NCBI GenBank assembly: GCA_973895155.1
Contig: OZ316891.1
Coordinates: 1-64,000, forward strand
DNA from: Marsupella aquatica
Taxonomy: Eukaryota > Plantae > Marchantiophyta
Direction: 5' to 3'
DNA length: 64,000 bases
This document shows, piece by piece, positions 61,711 to 64,000 of this stretch. The translations under genes were made by a program, and so were the position numbers. The notes beneath the pieces were generated by a model. That model did no database searches. It was not told the origin of the DNA and saw only the letters and a program-made list of their open reading frames with translations. Position 1 is the stretch's first letter. Each line of letters begins with the position of its first letter.

Positions 61711-62511
61711 AATTATATACAAGCCATCCGGATAGTGCACTTGTGATGCCCGTTGAACTCAAATTGCCATCGGAAGCTATATATATGGACAGATTGCTTG
61801 ACAGAATTCCACAATTACTTGTTATACTGTATAGTTGATATATTCTTGTGTTCATTTTTCCTGTCCATTTGGAAATTGCACAAATTAACAAAAGTATCCA
61901 TAAAGGTCTGTCATCGTAGAAAGTGATGACATCAAGTCAATTTTGAGCACTCCCTCGAAGGTGTAATTGTTCAGCATTTGTAAATACCTCGCACTATATA
62001 TCACGACTGTACACATTGAATTAGTTCTACTCAGCCATTTCCCACGTCCAAATTTGAATGGTGACACTTTTGATACTAACGGAGTTTAAAGGTTTCAACA
62101 TGAATGCTATTGCTGCAAAAATGTTTAACCGGAAATGTTATGGGAGTTTACGGTTTAACCGGAAATGTTATGGGAGCCTACGAGCAACGAGCACATTAAG
62201 GAACCAGATTGAAGACGGGCAATAGGAATTCTAGAAGCCCAATACTTCCCGACCATAATACCATCCCAACCATGGCGCAGAAGGGAATTTGAAGGCGGCA
62301 AGCACATTAAGGAACCAAATTGAAGGCGGACAGGAATTCTAGAAGGCCAATGCTTCCCAACTATAATACCAGCCCAACCATGGCGTTGAAGGGAATTTGA
62401 AGAAAGTGATGACGTCAAGTCAATTTTAAGCACTCCCTCGGAGGTGTAATTGTTCAGCATTTGTAAATACCTCGCACTATATATCACGACTGTACACATT
62501 GAATTAGTTCT

Positions 62512-63586
62512 AATTAGCCATTTCCCACATCCAAATTTGAATGGTAACACTTTTGATACTAACGTAGTTTAAAGGTTTCGACATGAATGCTATTGCTGCA
62601 AAAATGTTTAACCGGAAATGTTATGGGAGTCGACTACGGTTTAACCAGAAATGTTATGGGAGCTAATCAGCCATTTCCCACGTCCAAAATTGAATGGTGA
62701 CAGTGCTTTTGATACTAACGGAGATTAAAGGTTTCGACATGAATGCTATTGCTGCAAAAATGTTTAACCGGATATGTTATGGGAGTCGACTACGGTTTAA
62801 CCAGAAATGTTATGGGAGCTAATCAGCCATTTCCCACGTCCAAAATTGAATGGTGACACTTTTGATACTAACGGAGATTAAAGGTTTTGACATGAATGCT
62901 ATTGCTGCAAAAATGTTTAACTGGAAATGTTATGGGAGTCGACTACGGTTTAACCGGAAATGTTATGGGAGCTAATCAGCCATTTCCCACATCCAAAATT
63001 GAATGGTGACACTTTTGATACTAACGTAGTTTAAAGATTTTGACATGAATGCTATTGCTGCAAAAATGTTTAACCAGAAATGTTATGGGAGTCGACTATG
63101 GTTTAATCGGAAATGTTATGGGAGCTAATCAGCCATTTCCCACGTCCAAAATTGAATGGTGACACTTTTGATACTAACGGAGATTAAAGGTTTTGACATG
63201 AATGCTATTGCTGCAAAAATGTTTAACTGGAAATGTTATGGGAGTCGACTACGGTTTAACCGGAAATGTTATGGGAGCTAATCAGCCATTTCCCACATCC
63301 AAAATTGAATGGTGACACTTTTGATACTAACGTAGTTTAAAGGTTTTGACATGAATGCTATTGCTGCAAAAATGTTTAACCAGAAATGTTATGGGAGTCG
63401 ACTACGGTTTAACCGGAAATGTTATGGGAGCTAATCAGCCATTTCCCACGTCCAAAATTGAATGGTGACACTTTTGATACTAACGGAGATTAAAGGTTTC
63501 AACATGAATGCTATTGCTGCAAAAATGTTTAACCGGAAATGTTATGGGAGTCTACGGTTTAACCGGAAAATTATGTTATGGGAGCC
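62512..63586. repeat. ~153-bp tandem satellite (~7 units)
   Basis: Offset to copy 1 grows by 154 across the array. Confidence 0.92.
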
Positions 63587-64000
63587 TACGAGCGACGAGC
63601 ACATTAAAGAACCAGATTGCAGACGGGCAATAGGAATTCTAGAAGACCAAATGAATACTTCCCGACCATAATACCAGCCCAACCATGGCACGGAAGGGAA
63701 TTTGAAGGTGAAGAGCACATTAAGGAACCAGATTGAAGGTGGGCGGCAGGAATTCTAGAAAGCCAATCTTTTCCGACTAAAATACCACCCCAACCATAGT
63801 GCAGAAGGGAAGGGTCTGTCGGCAATTTGAATTACTTGTTCCCAAGCTGCTGCCAAGTGCAAGCAAGCGTGGACGTGGGTTCCCACTTTAGTTAGACAAA
63901 CCATATCGAAGAAATTCATTGAACGTGGGACGAACGAAAGTATTGTGCTTGCAAAAAGAATAGAGATAGTTTGTGTCTATCCCAACTTCATATTCTCGTT

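Larger units (their letters stand above)
57886..64000. repeat. Long direct repeat block B, copy 2 (runs off the window)
   Basis: Matches 10523-17651; has ~5 instead of 11 coiled-coil units, three extra 116-bp units and one extra ~154-bp unit. Confidence 0.95.

Overview
Eukaryotic, repeat-rich DNA, almost certainly from a land plant: plant-type TTTAGGG motifs, spliceosomal introns and a Ty1/copia element with an iMet PBS. A non-seed plant is my guess, not shown. The window appears to hold about 1.7 head-to-tail copies of a ~35-kb unit. Block A (2738-6873) recurs at 37744-48537 and block B (10523-17651) recurs at 57886-64000; the second copy is lengthened by a 6.6-kb Copia and a 4.0-kb TG..CA insertion. 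The first gene of the unit on the minus strand is an intact, single-ORF 1652-aa protein (32056-37014). It fuses zinc fingers, a tyrosine-recombinase-like catalytic set (R747, K781, R870-H871, H898, Y907) and a RecQ helicase, resembling fungal telomere-linked helicases. Behind it are co-oriented genes sharing an N-terminal plant-transposon-protein-like domain. That domain is fused to a telobox (TRF-like) Myb domain, to a coiled coil, or to 63-aa coiled-coil repeats that run into a SNF2-RING-helicase. Several satellites (18, 116, ~153 and 189 bp) and a G-rich tract are interspersed. A fourth member of the same domain family lies inside the 4045-bp solo-LTR-like insertion. Short telomere-repeat insertions differ between duplicated copies, and one disrupts a gene. 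Best hypothesis (inference): a giant, tyrosine-recombinase/RecQ-led mobile or subtelomeric element carrying telomere- and chromatin-related cargo.
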